A DNA stretch of 64,000 nucleotides, from positions 1,347 to 65,346 of the forward strand of contig CAITIS010000067.1 in assembly GCA_903892515.1 (NCBI GenBank). The letters run 5' to 3'. The position numbers were made by a program, and so were the translations under genes. Within the stretch, counting starts at the first letter, position 1. The number at the start of each line of letters is the position of its first letter. The notes below the pieces were generated by a model. The model was not told the DNA's origin. It saw nothing but the letters and a program-made list of their open reading frames with translations, and made no database searches. Below, in pieces: positions 28,279 to 37,896 of the stretch. Source of the DNA: an uncultured Planctomycetota bacterium (lineage in GTDB: Bacteria; Planctomycetota; Phycisphaerae; SM23-33).

Positions 28279-28696
28279 GTTCTTCTCCATAAAGACCGGC
28301 CAGGTCCGACAGATGGGTGGTCGACAAATGCCGGCGGACCTGCTCATCAACTGACGCCACAAGCTTGCCCAGTACGCAGTCCGCTCCGGTGCAGACGCGT
28401 TTGCCCAGCAGACAGCCGGGCGGCTGGAGCGGCCCTTCAATGGCCTCGTACACCTCCAGAAGCGTCACGTCCTGGGGCTTTCGCTGGAGCCGGAAGCCAC
28501 CCTTGGGCCCGCGAACCGAATCCACCAGCCCGACGTGCCCCAACCGGCCCAGCACTTTGGCCAAGTGGGCTTGGCTGACGCCCAGTCGCTGGGCGATGTG
28601 GCTGGCAGACACAAGCTCCTCGCTCGCCGCCAGCAACACGGCCGTGTGCAGTGCCAGAGAGGCCGCCTCGGAGACTCTTAGTAGGTTCGTCGTCAT
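28253..28696 (-). CDS. Rrf2-family transcriptional regulator (NsrR/IscR-like)
   Basis: wHTH HIAQRLGVSQAHLAKVLGRL. Three Cys (C-x6-C-x5-C) for an Fe-S cluster. Heads the operon rrf2-fdx-hcp-tpx-rub. Confidence 0.85.
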   Translation of the reverse strand: MTTNLLRVSEAASLALHTAVLLAASEELVSASHIAQRLGVSQAHLAKVLGRLGHVGLVDSVRGPKGGFRLQRKPQDVTLLEVYEAIEGPLQPPGCLLGKRVCTGADCVLGKLVASVDEQVRRHLSTTHLSDLAGLYGEEHAAQDHSH

Positions 28697-28713
28697 GCCT
28701 GATCCACTTTCGA

Positions 28714-28733
28714 GTATTGCAGTACTACAATAC
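28714..28733. promoter_or_regulatory. 20-bp near-perfect dyad GTATTGCAGTACTACAATAC, 18-37 nt upstream of the rrf2 start; candidate Rrf2 autoregulatory operator
   Basis: Symmetric except for one compensating mismatch pair. Sits in the promoter region of the nitrosative-stress operon. Confidence 0.4.
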
Positions 28734-28792
28734 CGCTATCTTCTGGTTCGGCAAGAATTCTTTCAAAAATAGCTTCCGGCCATCCAATCGCC

Positions 28793-29008
28793 ATGACGTC
28801 CACGGCCTACGCGGCGTGCATCGGCTGGGGTGAACTGCCCGCCGGCCAGGATGCCGCCGGCGGACTGTGGGACGTGCTGATGGTCATGAAGAACGCGATT
28901 GCCAAGCTGCCGCCCGGCAGCGACCGCATCTTCTTCTACGTAAGCGTCTTTGACGGCAGCAAGCACAACCTCGTCAAGCTCTGGGCGCTCTGCGGCCCGG
29001 GCGATTAG
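28793..29008 (+). CDS. Small hypothetical protein (71 aa)
   Basis: Strong GC3 bias and coding-like codon usage. No recognisable family. No clear SD. Confidence 0.35.
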   Translation: MTSTAYAACIGWGELPAGQDAAGGLWDVLMVMKNAIAKLPPGSDRIFFYVSVFDGSKHNLVKLWALCGPGD

Positions 29009-29111
29009 GGCGAGCCGGTGATAACCATGCTCCAAGGTGAGGATTGACCATCACAACAGCAGAGCACAGGCACGTTCTCTGGCACGTCGGTGCCGATCTC
29101 ACCAGATTCGG

Positions 29112-29861
29112 CTACTGCGCATTCTTCTGCCAGACAGATACGTGTACCGTGCTATCTTTGGTGAATGGCTCGCGCTTCCAGCCGCCCCATCGCTCCCGCA
29201 GCGTCAACCCGGCAAGCCGAGCCATGAGGTCGAGTTCCGACGGCCAAACGTAGCGAAATGGCAGCGAGCTGACTTCACCCTTTCCGTCGCTCAGCGAGCA
29301 GTAATGCGATATCAGGCCCTGCGAGACGACATCATACTCGTCGAAGCCGAGATAGGACGGGCTCACGTGGTATACCCGGACTGTCTCGCCGGCAGGCAGC
29401 CGCTGAAGCGCCGGGATCATCACCTCGATAACGAAGCACCCGCCCGGAACAAGGTGGGCGGCCGCGTTCTGGAAGCACGCGACCTGCTCATCTTGGGTCG
29501 TCAGGTTCATGATGGTATTGAACACGAGGTAAACGAGCGAGAATTGCCGCTGAACGGTCGTCGTAGCGAAACTGCCGATGGTCGTTTCGATGTCCCCTCC
29601 ACCCCGCTTGGCACGAAGACGGGCGACCATGGCCGTCGAAAGATCGATCCCATGCACTGGCACGCCGCGCTGTGCCAGTGGCAGAGCGATACGCCCCGTC
29701 CCGATGCCGAATTCCAGGGCCGCCCCTCGGCCGGCGGCGGCAGCCAGAAAATCGACCACTGGATCGACCGTCTCGGGCTTGAACATGTCTGAGGAATCGT
29801 AGCTGGCAGCGATCTCTTCACCGAAGCGGTCGGGCGGCATTTTGAACGCGCCTGGATTCAT
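29112..29861 (-). CDS. Class I SAM-dependent methyltransferase
   Basis: Motif I LEFGIGTGRIALPLA. ATG at 29859-29861 with GGAG RBS, inside the longer listed ORF. Confidence 0.8.
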   Translation of the reverse strand: MNPGAFKMPPDRFGEEIAASYDSSDMFKPETVDPVVDFLAAAAGRGAALEFGIGTGRIALPLAQRGVPVHGIDLSTAMVARLRAKRGGGDIETTIGSFATTTVQRQFSLVYLVFNTIMNLTTQDEQVACFQNAAAHLVPGGCFVIEVMIPALQRLPAGETVRVYHVSPSYLGFDEYDVVSQGLISHYCSLSDGKGEVSSLPFRYVWPSELDLMARLAGLTLRERWGGWKREPFTKDSTVHVSVWQKNAQ

Positions 29862-30197
29862 GGCTTTCTCCTGTTTGCCACCTGGGCATGTATTCATCGC
29901 ATCAAGAACGAAAGAATAGTTGACAATGTCTGACGATACAACCGGCGAGCCTATCCTCGCCATGGATGATTCGATGTTGAACACGATCCGTAACCGCCGC
30001 TCCGCCGGCGAAAGCCTTGACGCCTTGCTGCGACTTGGCCCAGAAGGAGTTTGGCGGCGAGCATGCCGGCCGAGACGATCTGGCTGGATCGGCTGGAGGC
30101 CTTCTCTTGCCGTGCAGGAGCGTCTCTTGGGCTACCGGCCTGAGCGACCGCGTATAATGTTGCGTTGGTGCAGCAACTTTTGGAGGCCGCAAGGCTT

Positions 30198-31112
30198 ATG
30201 AGCGAAGAGCCCATCTCATTCCGCAAGCTCTCGGGCAGCGGCAACGATTTCATCTGCCTGGACAACCGCCTCGGCCAGTTTGAGCCGCTGGTGACCTCCG
30301 GGCGGATCGACCGCTTCGTGCGAGTGCTGTGTCGCCGCGGGCTGGGCGCGGGGGCCGATGGCGTGATCCTCGCCAGCCCCACCGACCTGCTGCCAGGCCT
30401 GGTGCTCCTGGCCCGCTTCTACGACGCCGACGGCACCGAGGCGGCCCTGTGCGGCAACGGCACGGCCTGCTTTGTTCGCTGGGCCCTCGACGCCGGCTGG
30501 TCGGGCCAAGATGAGGAGGTCCGCGCCTTGACCTCCGCGGGCGTGGTTCATGGCCGGCGGATCGATGATCGCTATGTCCGCGTCTGCCTGCCCTCGCCCG
30601 AAGACGTCCGGCTTGGCCTGAGCGTGCAGACGGGCGAGCGAACATGGCAGTGCGATTACATCACCGTCGGCGTGCCGCATCTTGTTACGTTCGTGGATAA
30701 CGTGGAGCAGATCGAAGTAAGTCACTGGGGAAGGCTGCTCCGCCAGCATCCCATGTTTGCCCCGGGCGGCGTGAACGCGAATTTCGTACAGGTGCTGGCA
30801 CCGGGCCGGTTGGCAGTCAGGACCTTCGAGTTCGGCGTGGAGGACGAAACGCTCTCCTGCGGCACGGGCTCTGCCGCTTCGGCCATCCTGGCGACCATCC
30901 GCTTCCACTGGTCCAGCACGTTTATGTGTGCCGTCGAGCCCGTGCGCATTCGTGCCCGCAGCGGCGACGAGTTACGCATCTACTTCACGCTGAAAGGCGA
31001 GCAGGCGTCCGACCTGTGCTTAGAGACGGTGGTCAGGCCCGTGTACGACGCGACGCTGTCGGCGGAACTGACCCGAGCCGCACTGGGGCAAGACGATGGC
31101 GGCGCAGGCTGA
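30198..31112 (+). CDS. dapF: Diaminopimelate epimerase
   Basis: FRKLSGSGNDFI...CGNGTACF...SCGTGSAAS (both catalytic Cys). TATAAT at 30147-30152 upstream. Confidence 0.9.
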   Translation: MSEEPISFRKLSGSGNDFICLDNRLGQFEPLVTSGRIDRFVRVLCRRGLGAGADGVILASPTDLLPGLVLLARFYDADGTEAALCGNGTACFVRWALDAGWSGQDEEVRALTSAGVVHGRRIDDRYVRVCLPSPEDVRLGLSVQTGERTWQCDYITVGVPHLVTFVDNVEQIEVSHWGRLLRQHPMFAPGGVNANFVQVLAPGRLAVRTFEFGVEDETLSCGTGSAASAILATIRFHWSSTFMCAVEPVRIRARSGDELRIYFTLKGEQASDLCLETVVRPVYDATLSAELTRAALGQDDGGAG

Positions 31113-32727
31113 CATGTTCAGCATCGACCAGAACAGCCACAGTCTCTGGGACGCCCTGCCCAAGGTTCAGGCCCTGGCCGGCAAAGGCATCGCGGTCCGC
31201 CACTTTGTCGAGGACGTGGACACCGCCTTCACCGCCATGGGCGCCGGCGTGGGCGGAAAGCTCTCACTGGCACGCGAGCGATTCTACCGCAGCGGCGGGG
31301 CCGACTGGGGCGCCGCCCTCTTCTACACCGAATTCTTCGGCCGGCAAGCGGTGGATATCCGGCAGTGGGAAATCTACACCGGCCTGGCGACCGCGGCGCT
31401 GGCCAAGAAACTGGATGTCAGCGTCGCTGCCCTGTTCGATGAGTTCTCACCCGGCGATAACTGGCAACTCATCGGTCCCAGCTATGTGCAAGACTACGAT
31501 CATCATCGCGTCATCGCCGACTTGTCCGTGGCCGAGACGGCGGAGTTTCTGCGGCAGATACTCCTGATCGCCCAGCAGGACATGCTCAAGGCCTTCCCCG
31601 CATCCGCGAGCCAGCAACGCGTGCGGGAGTTTTTCACGCAAGAGTCCGCACGGGTCGATGCGCTCATCGCCAAGCATGCTGGCGGCCCGCTCGTGAACGT
31701 CTACCAGGATTGGATGGGGCAATACGCCCCCACGGTGCAGGTCGGTCTCGCCTCCACGCTGTTCGCTCTGGGTGACGACCCGCTCTTGCGACTGTTTCTG
31801 GGTGATTATGGTCGACTTGCCGCGCTGTACAATGAGGCGCTGCGCGAAAGCCATGTCGGCCTGAACAGCCTGGATGTCCAGATCGGCGAACTGCCCTTCT
31901 TCGCCGTCAGGCCGTTCCAGGGCCACTGCGTCCGCGTCGGCATGTACTGCCGTGATGGAAGGCTCATCGTCGGCGAAGATGAGTTTCGCATCGGCGAGTC
32001 GCTGCTGGATGACCTGGCCAGGGCGGGCGTCACGTGCATCTGCGGCAAGGCCGTGGTGCTGGTCATTCAAGCCCGGCTGGGCGCGGGCCGGAGTGGCTTG
32101 GCGCTGCCCTATCGAGGCTCGATCTATCTGGGGGCCTCGCACCGTTTCGTGGTCAAGCTGCAACAGAACGCTCTGCTGGGCGAGCCGCTGCATCCGATCG
32201 TGCGCGTCCGCCTGCGATTTCTCGACCGGCTGTCTGAGGTCGATTCGGTGATCCGCCTGCCGGCCTATCTGGCCGACGCGGCCGGGAAGTCGGAGATGCC
32301 CGCGCGCGAGTTCTCACAAATCTGGCACGAACTGGCTCACTCAGCCCAGCAGGAATTGCAGGCCTTTCGTCAAGCCGGCGGCATGGAGAAGTGGCAACAG
32401 AGCGCCCTGCCCGATCTGTGGCGCAAGGACCAGCAGTTGAGCTTACGCCGTCGCGAAATGGCCAAACAGGATCCCAAGTCCGCAGCCATTCGCGAACTGT
32501 GGCAGGAAAACCGCGCCGTGCAGGTGGAGATGCTGTGGGCCGCCATCCGGCATATCGCCCGCCAGGAGCAGGTGGCCAATCTCGACTATTGGGACAGCCG
32601 CGGGGCCATCTATCCTTGGGCGCTGGCCCTGAGCGGCGAAGACTTTTACCGTAGCGTGCTTCAGCAGGCCGAGGTATATGAGGAAGGGCCGGAGGCTGAG
32701 CCCGCCACGCTAGAGCGGTTGCCATAA
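31096..32727 (+). CDS. Conserved hypothetical protein (543 aa), translationally coupled to dapF
   Basis: Long ORF with strong GC3 bias. Overlaps the dapF stop by 17 nt. No family recognised by eye. Confidence 0.55.
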   Translation: MAAQADMFSIDQNSHSLWDALPKVQALAGKGIAVRHFVEDVDTAFTAMGAGVGGKLSLARERFYRSGGADWGAALFYTEFFGRQAVDIRQWEIYTGLATAALAKKLDVSVAALFDEFSPGDNWQLIGPSYVQDYDHHRVIADLSVAETAEFLRQILLIAQQDMLKAFPASASQQRVREFFTQESARVDALIAKHAGGPLVNVYQDWMGQYAPTVQVGLASTLFALGDDPLLRLFLGDYGRLAALYNEALRESHVGLNSLDVQIGELPFFAVRPFQGHCVRVGMYCRDGRLIVGEDEFRIGESLLDDLARAGVTCICGKAVVLVIQARLGAGRSGLALPYRGSIYLGASHRFVVKLQQNALLGEPLHPIVRVRLRFLDRLSEVDSVIRLPAYLADAAGKSEMPAREFSQIWHELAHSAQQELQAFRQAGGMEKWQQSALPDLWRKDQQLSLRRREMAKQDPKSAAIRELWQENRAVQVEMLWAAIRHIARQEQVANLDYWDSRGAIYPWALALSGEDFYRSVLQQAEVYEEGPEAEPATLERLP

Positions 32728-32835
32728 CTTCTTTCCGCGCGCGGCGGGTCTCCTGACCCGCCGCGGTGCCTGTCGTTAGGCGGTGGTGGGGCAGGAGACC
32801 CACCACCCTCCAGGAAAAGACTTTTGGCAACCGCG

Positions 32836-33948
32836 CTAGGCCTTTGACGCCTCGTGCACGGCCTGGAAGTAGACCCGGTAGTTCTCGACCACCTCAGGCC
32901 TCAGCGGGTATTCAAACGGCGCCGATGTCGGCAGCATCACGAACCCGCCGCCCGGGGTCGCCACGTTTAGAATCTCGCGCATCCGTCGCGCCAGGGCGTC
33001 GGGCTGCAGCAGCTCCAGCTCGCTCGCCTGAATGCCGCCCATCAGGCACATCTTCGAGCCGAGCTTCTCCTTCACCTGCCGCATGGTGACGTTCGCGGTC
33101 GAGGCCGGCAGCACTTCCAATGGCTCCAGCGCCGTCGGGGCCAGATCTAGCAGGTAGTCCAGCAGTTCAGCCATATTTCCATGGCAATGAATGATCGCGA
33201 AGTTGCCCGATTCCTTTATGATCCGAATCGGCTCGGCGTCGAAGCGCGTGACGAGCTTCTCGAAGTACTTGCGTGGGTTCAACAGCGGCGCGCCGGCGTA
33301 CTCGGGCCCCCAGAAGCGAATACCGACATTGCGAACCTTGGCACAGAGCTTCTTCAGCCCGCGGTTGATCCGCTCGGACATGACGCCGAGCATTTCCAGA
33401 ATCAGGCCTTCGTCCTCCATCAGCGTCATCGCGAAGGCGTCGAAATGAAACATGCCGCAGATCAGCCCCAGCGCATCGCCCGGGCCATACCACACCAGGC
33501 CCTGCTCGCCGACCTTCTCCTGCATCTGCAGGATAGGCGTCGGGTCGGGATCGACCTGCTGGGATTGAAGTGAAAGCCACTTCCGGCAATCCTCGGGGCT
33601 CTCCAGCCAGGGCTTGACCCGCCACCAGGTGATGTTCCCGGCATCGCGACGCAAGACCGTGGTCAGCGGCCCTTCGGGAGTCGCAATGGTTGCCGTCGAG
33701 GTTTGGCTCTCGTCGAACCGTTCACTACCCTGGGTGACCACGTTCTGGTCCTGCATGGAGGTGCCGATATCCACGCCGACGTGAACGATGCATTCGCCCA
33801 GCTGCCGCTGCATGTCGCGCAAGGCGGTGTAGTTGGCGTCATCGGCCGGGCGGCGGTCGTCAAAGTGCGAAAACTCATACAGCGTGACGGGAATCCGGTC
33901 AGGCGTTCCTCCGCCCAGGGCGGTCAGCAATCTTTGTCGCGGGGTCAT
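32836..33948 (-). CDS. Uroporphyrinogen decarboxylase (URO-D) family protein (MtaA/CmuA-like)
   Basis: MTPRQRLLTALGGGTPDRIPV... URO-D-like TIM-barrel signature. Two convergent terminator hairpins at 32745-32820. Confidence 0.7.
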   Translation of the reverse strand: MTPRQRLLTALGGGTPDRIPVTLYEFSHFDDRRPADDANYTALRDMQRQLGECIVHVGVDIGTSMQDQNVVTQGSERFDESQTSTATIATPEGPLTTVLRRDAGNITWWRVKPWLESPEDCRKWLSLQSQQVDPDPTPILQMQEKVGEQGLVWYGPGDALGLICGMFHFDAFAMTLMEDEGLILEMLGVMSERINRGLKKLCAKVRNVGIRFWGPEYAGAPLLNPRKYFEKLVTRFDAEPIRIIKESGNFAIIHCHGNMAELLDYLLDLAPTALEPLEVLPASTANVTMRQVKEKLGSKMCLMGGIQASELELLQPDALARRMREILNVATPGGGFVMLPTSAPFEYPLRPEVVENYRVYFQAVHEASKA

Positions 33949-34133
33949 AGTGGTATCTCCAGTTCGCATGATTACTAACGGCCGTAAGGGCCTGGAGCAA
34001 GAGAATCTCCGGCTCGACGGGCATCATAGATTATCTGACCCGAAAGGCTCTTGCGTTCGTCGGGGCGGGTCATATAATGGCTTTTCTTTGCCAGTCCGTT
34101 GGGGCCGGCAGCTTTGGAGAATGAGAGCGAGAG

Positions 34134-34268
34134 ATGGCACATAAGAGAAAGAATGGCAAGTTTGGCTGGCGGACAAAGAAGGCCAATCACGGCGTCAAGC
34201 CGGAGAAGGGCAAGGAAAAGAGCCGGTTTGCACGCGACTTCCGGCGGAAGAGGAAGCTCGTTCCGTAA
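34134..34268 (+). CDS. Small, highly basic protein (44 aa; MAHKRKNGKFGWRTKKANHGVKPEKGKEKSRFARDFRRKRKLVP)
   Basis: GC3-biased. Purine-rich sequence before the ATG. Not in the ORF track (shorter than 60 aa). Resembles ribosome-associated small basic proteins but no family assigned. Confidence 0.3.
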   Translation: MAHKRKNGKFGWRTKKANHGVKPEKGKEKSRFARDFRRKRKLVP

Positions 34269-34441
34269 CGAGTCGGCTGTTGAACGAATCAGGTTTTCCC
34301 GCGGCCAGGCAATCGCTTGGCCGCTTTGCTGCGCTCAAAATCGACTCGTTCCCGGCCCGCGTGCTTCTTGAAGGGCCCAGCCTGGGCGGCGCGTGAGAAG
34401 ACATGGGCAGTCTCAGCTTCGGCAAGGCTGCCTTGCGAAAC

Positions 34442-35593
34442 TTACCGGCTTGCCAGCATTCGCTCCAGCGACTCCACCTGGCGCTGCGTGAATGGCATGG
34501 CATGGGCCGGTGAGAAGCCCTGCATTCCCAGCCGGCGCCACAGGGCAAGACGAAGTTCCTTCAAGCCCGCCAGGCTCTCGACCGACACAGCCAATTCGTA
34601 CCGCGCCGCAACGATGTCCACTTTGCTCGACACCGGCAACGCATGGGGCAAGGCCAATAACCCCGTAATGAGCCGCTCTTCCGCCGGCCCCGCTTCCGCC
34701 ACGAGCACAATCACCACGTCGGCCTGCCGCACCCGCTGCCACGCCCGAAGAATCGACTGTCTGTCGATATCGCCTGTCACCTGTTCCAGCAAGCCGGCTG
34801 TGTCGGTCAGCCAGACGGGCAGGCCATCGAGATCGACGAGTTCGCGAACCCAGTCGCGCGTCGTCCCGGCCGTGGGCGAGACAATCGACACCTGCCGACC
34901 AGCCAGCGCGTTGGCCAGGGAACTCTTGCCCGCATTCACCGCACCGGCGATTACGACCTCGGATGGTTCCAGCAGCCGCCGCATCATCGGCCAGCGTGCC
35001 AGCGCCGCCTGCAAATCCTGCGCGTCAGGCTCGTGTGCAAGTAAGGCTGAAAGTCCGCCCGACCATTGATTCGTGATGGCCGATACCGCCAAGGCCGTCC
35101 GTGCTGTGGGCAGCGTATCGATCATCTCCCGGGCGATTTCGCTGTTGTTGAAGTGCGGATGCGTTAAGCCCATCGCCGAATCGCCCAGTTGAGGCGAGTC
35201 GATCTGACAGCCGAAATCCTTGAGCAGCGTCAGCACGGCCCGCGCCACCTGCGGCCCGCCGTGAATGTTGATCTCGAAGAAATCGTCGGCAATGGCCGTC
35301 ACGATGGCCTCATCGATCCGGCGGTCGCCCTGGACGATCCAGCCGAGCGAAAGTTTGCCCTGCGTTGTTGCATCAGTAGGCGGGCACTCAGAAGATGGCG
35401 GCGTGGCGGTGGCAGCAGCCGTTCGGGACGGCTGCGCTAGAAAGATTTGTGAGAGCACTGTGCCGGCGGCGGGACCATGCAGGGCGATCACCGCGATGCC
35501 GCCACGCGATGGCGCCGTCAGCAGCCGGGCTGTGGTCGGCGCGGTCACTGTCGCAGGAACATCTGGTAGGCCAGGCCCACGCCCATCAGGCAA
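34442..35593 (-). CDS. MnmE/TrmE-like GTPase (short form lacking the C-terminal CIGK tail)
   Basis: N-terminal TAPSRGGIAVIALHGP (THF-binding domain). G1 VVIAGAVNAGKSSLANALAG. DTAG. Ends before the canonical C-terminus. True start uncertain (overlaps coaX). Confidence 0.65.
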   Translation of the reverse strand: MPDGRGPGLPDVPATVTAPTTARLLTAPSRGGIAVIALHGPAAGTVLSQIFLAQPSRTAAATATPPSSECPPTDATTQGKLSLGWIVQGDRRIDEAIVTAIADDFFEINIHGGPQVARAVLTLLKDFGCQIDSPQLGDSAMGLTHPHFNNSEIAREMIDTLPTARTALAVSAITNQWSGGLSALLAHEPDAQDLQAALARWPMMRRLLEPSEVVIAGAVNAGKSSLANALAGRQVSIVSPTAGTTRDWVRELVDLDGLPVWLTDTAGLLEQVTGDIDRQSILRAWQRVRQADVVIVLVAEAGPAEERLITGLLALPHALPVSSKVDIVAARYELAVSVESLAGLKELRLALWRRLGMQGFSPAHAMPFTQRQVESLERMLASR

Positions 35594-36318
35594 AGATCGG
35601 GCACGATGGCATGGACGATGTCATAGTCCTTGCACACCAGTTCGGCGTCGCCGCCCGTGACCAGCAGCGGCGGCCATTGCCCCAGCTTGGTGGCGTAGGC
35701 CTCGGTCAGTTCACGCAGCGCCCCGCGGGCGCCGTAAACGATGCCACCGATAATGGCGTCGATGGTGTTGCGGCCAAAGACCCAGTCGGGCCGGTGCAGT
35801 TCGACCTTCGGCAATGCGGCCGTGCCTTCGTGCAAGGCCTGGGCCGACATCTTCAGCCCCGGCAGGATCGCTCCGCCCAGGAATGCCCCGTCGTCGCCGA
35901 CGCAGTCGATGGTGATGGCCGTACCGAAGCTGGCGACGGCGCACGCCTTCTCGAAGCTGAAGTACGCCATCGCGGCCGAGCAGAGCCGGTCCGTGCCGAC
36001 GCGGGCCAGGTCCGGCAGATCAGAATCAATCGGCAAGGGCAATTCACGCCCCACCAGCATGACCTTCTGCCCCAGGTGGCCGGCGGCCTCATCCAGCAGG
36101 GCCAGGTTCCGCGGGCTCACGGACGACGCCGCAACGGCCTCGCAGGCGTGCTCGCTCCAAAGCTGCCGCAGCATCTCGGGCAGCAGGTGAAACTCCTGCG
36201 TCGACAGTCGGCGAGTCTCCAGCGGCTTCTCCCCCACCATCGCAGCCAGCGCGATGCGGGAGTTGCCGACGTCACAGGTCAGGATTGTCTGCTGCTCGTT
36301 GGATTCGCTCATGGCCAT
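35545..36318 (-). CDS. coaX: Type III pantothenate kinase
   Basis: ILTCDVGNSRIALA...GTDRL...GTAITIDCV (ASKHA fold, CoaX family). Confidence 0.85.
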   Translation of the reverse strand: MAMSESNEQQTILTCDVGNSRIALAAMVGEKPLETRRLSTQEFHLLPEMLRQLWSEHACEAVAASSVSPRNLALLDEAAGHLGQKVMLVGRELPLPIDSDLPDLARVGTDRLCSAAMAYFSFEKACAVASFGTAITIDCVGDDGAFLGGAILPGLKMSAQALHEGTAALPKVELHRPDWVFGRNTIDAIIGGIVYGARGALRELTEAYATKLGQWPPLLVTGGDAELVCKDYDIVHAIVPDLCLMGVGLAYQMFLRQ

Positions 36319-36368
36319 ATCCTAGCCGGGAGGTGGGTAACTGGTGAACTGCTTAACTGATTCACCAG

Positions 36369-37361
36369 TTAGCGGCTCTTCCGGTGCAACTTCTTCCAAA
36401 GCGTCTCGGTCAGTTCCCGCAGCCCTTGGCCTGTAGCGGCCGAGATGCGATGGACTCTCTTGCCGATCTCTCGCTCGAATACTTTCACGGCCTCGGCCGC
36501 ACCGGTGAGGTCGAGCTTGTTGGCGACGATGATCTGGGGCTTCTTCCCGAGTTGCGCCGAGTACTGGCGCAGTTCCTCGTTGATCTTGTGGAAATTCTCA
36601 GCCGCGGTGCCCACGGGCGGCAGCACATCGACAATATGCACCAGCAGGCTTGTCCGCTCCACGTGTTTGAGAAACTCATCGCCCAGCCCCACGCCGCGAT
36701 GCGCGCCTTCGATCAAGCCCGGAATATCGGCCATGACGAAGCGCCGCTCGCCGGTCAGTTCGACGATGCCCAGCACCGGTTCCAGCGTCGTGAAGGGGTA
36801 GTCGGCAATCTTCGGCCTGGCGGAGGAAAGGTGGGAAATCAGCGTGCTCTTGCCGGCGTTGGGCATGCCCAGCAAGCCGACGTCGGCGATGAGCTTGAGT
36901 TCCAGCTTCAGGTGGCGCATCTGACCCTTGCCGCCCGGAATGGCGCGCCGCGGGGCTTGGTGCGTGGGCGTGGCAAAGTTCATGTTGCCCTTGCCGCCCC
37001 GGCCGCCTTGGGCCAGGCAGACCGTTTCGTTGGGCGTGGTCAGATCCTTCAGAATCGTGTCGTGCTCCATGTCGCGGATGATCGTGCCCGGAGGCAGCGC
37101 GATGAGCAGGTCGTTTCCATTGGCGCCGTGGCACTTCGAGCCCATGCCGTTGCCGCCGCGCCCGGCCTTCCAATGGTGCTTGCCCACGAGGTGCCGCAGC
37201 GTGTTGTAGGAGGTGTCGGCCACGCAGAAAACGCTGCCGCCATCGCCGCCGTCGCCGCCGTCGGGCCCGCCCAGCGGGACGAACTTCTCCCGCCGGAAGC
37301 TGATGGCTCCGTCGCCGCCGTCGCCGGCCTTCACCATGATTTCCGCTTCGTCAATAAACAC
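36369..37361 (-). CDS. obg: GTPase Obg
   Basis: FIDEAEIMVKAGDGGDGAISFRREKFVPLGGPDGGDGGDGG (Obg fold). GLLGMPNAGKSTL. DIPGLIEGA. Probable GTG start inside the longer listed ORF. Confidence 0.9.
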   Translation of the reverse strand: MFIDEAEIMVKAGDGGDGAISFRREKFVPLGGPDGGDGGDGGSVFCVADTSYNTLRHLVGKHHWKAGRGGNGMGSKCHGANGNDLLIALPPGTIIRDMEHDTILKDLTTPNETVCLAQGGRGGKGNMNFATPTHQAPRRAIPGGKGQMRHLKLELKLIADVGLLGMPNAGKSTLISHLSSARPKIADYPFTTLEPVLGIVELTGERRFVMADIPGLIEGAHRGVGLGDEFLKHVERTSLLVHIVDVLPPVGTAAENFHKINEELRQYSAQLGKKPQIIVANKLDLTGAAEAVKVFEREIGKRVHRISAATGQGLRELTETLWKKLHRKSR

Positions 37362-37558
37362 TGCTAACACCCGCTGATCTTGATCCGGCCACTTGGGCCG
37401 CACTTCGCGCGCCGCCTGGGCGCGTCGCGCCCGTGCAGGCATCCACAAAAAAGAGATGACAAGGCCTCAGTCCCGAAGCGATCGGAACTGAGGCCCGTTC
37501 ATCCCTGGCGCTCCTATACCCGCATAGGCTATCCGCCCACGGGTATATGGCCGAGAAT

Positions 37559-37804
37559 TTATACGGCTTCCACCATCACGTCCACGAACCGGCCACGGAA
37601 CCGCACCTGCCCGTCTTTGAGGGCAAAGAGCGTAAAGTCCCGCCCGGTGCCGCAGTTCATGCCGGCCTTGAAGGGGCTGCCGCACTGCCGCACGATGATC
37701 GTGCCGGTCGTGACGAACTGCCCGCCCCATCGCTTCAGGCCGCGATTCTGCGCGTTCGAGTCGCGACCGTTCTTGGTTGAACCCTGTCCTTTTTTATGTG
37801 CCAT
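37559..37804 (-). CDS. rpmA: 50S ribosomal protein L27
   Basis: [28 protein letters not shown]...[10 protein letters not shown]. Confidence 0.92.
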   Translation of the reverse strand: MAHKKGQGSTKNGRDSNAQNRGLKRWGGQFVTTGTIIVRQCGSPFKAGMNCGTGRDFTLFALKDGQVRFRGRFVDVMVEAV

Positions 37805-37896
37805 GCTTACCTACTCCATGTACCAGTCGCCGGCCCGCTCCGGGCCAGTCGCGAAGACTCACCATTTTATGATACGAACAATGCGGCGTCAATAGT

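Noticed and set aside
29920-30201. 93-aa ORF between the methyltransferase and dapF
   Set aside because: It has mixed codon bias and no RBS. The region more plausibly holds the divergent promoters (TATAAT at 30147-30152).
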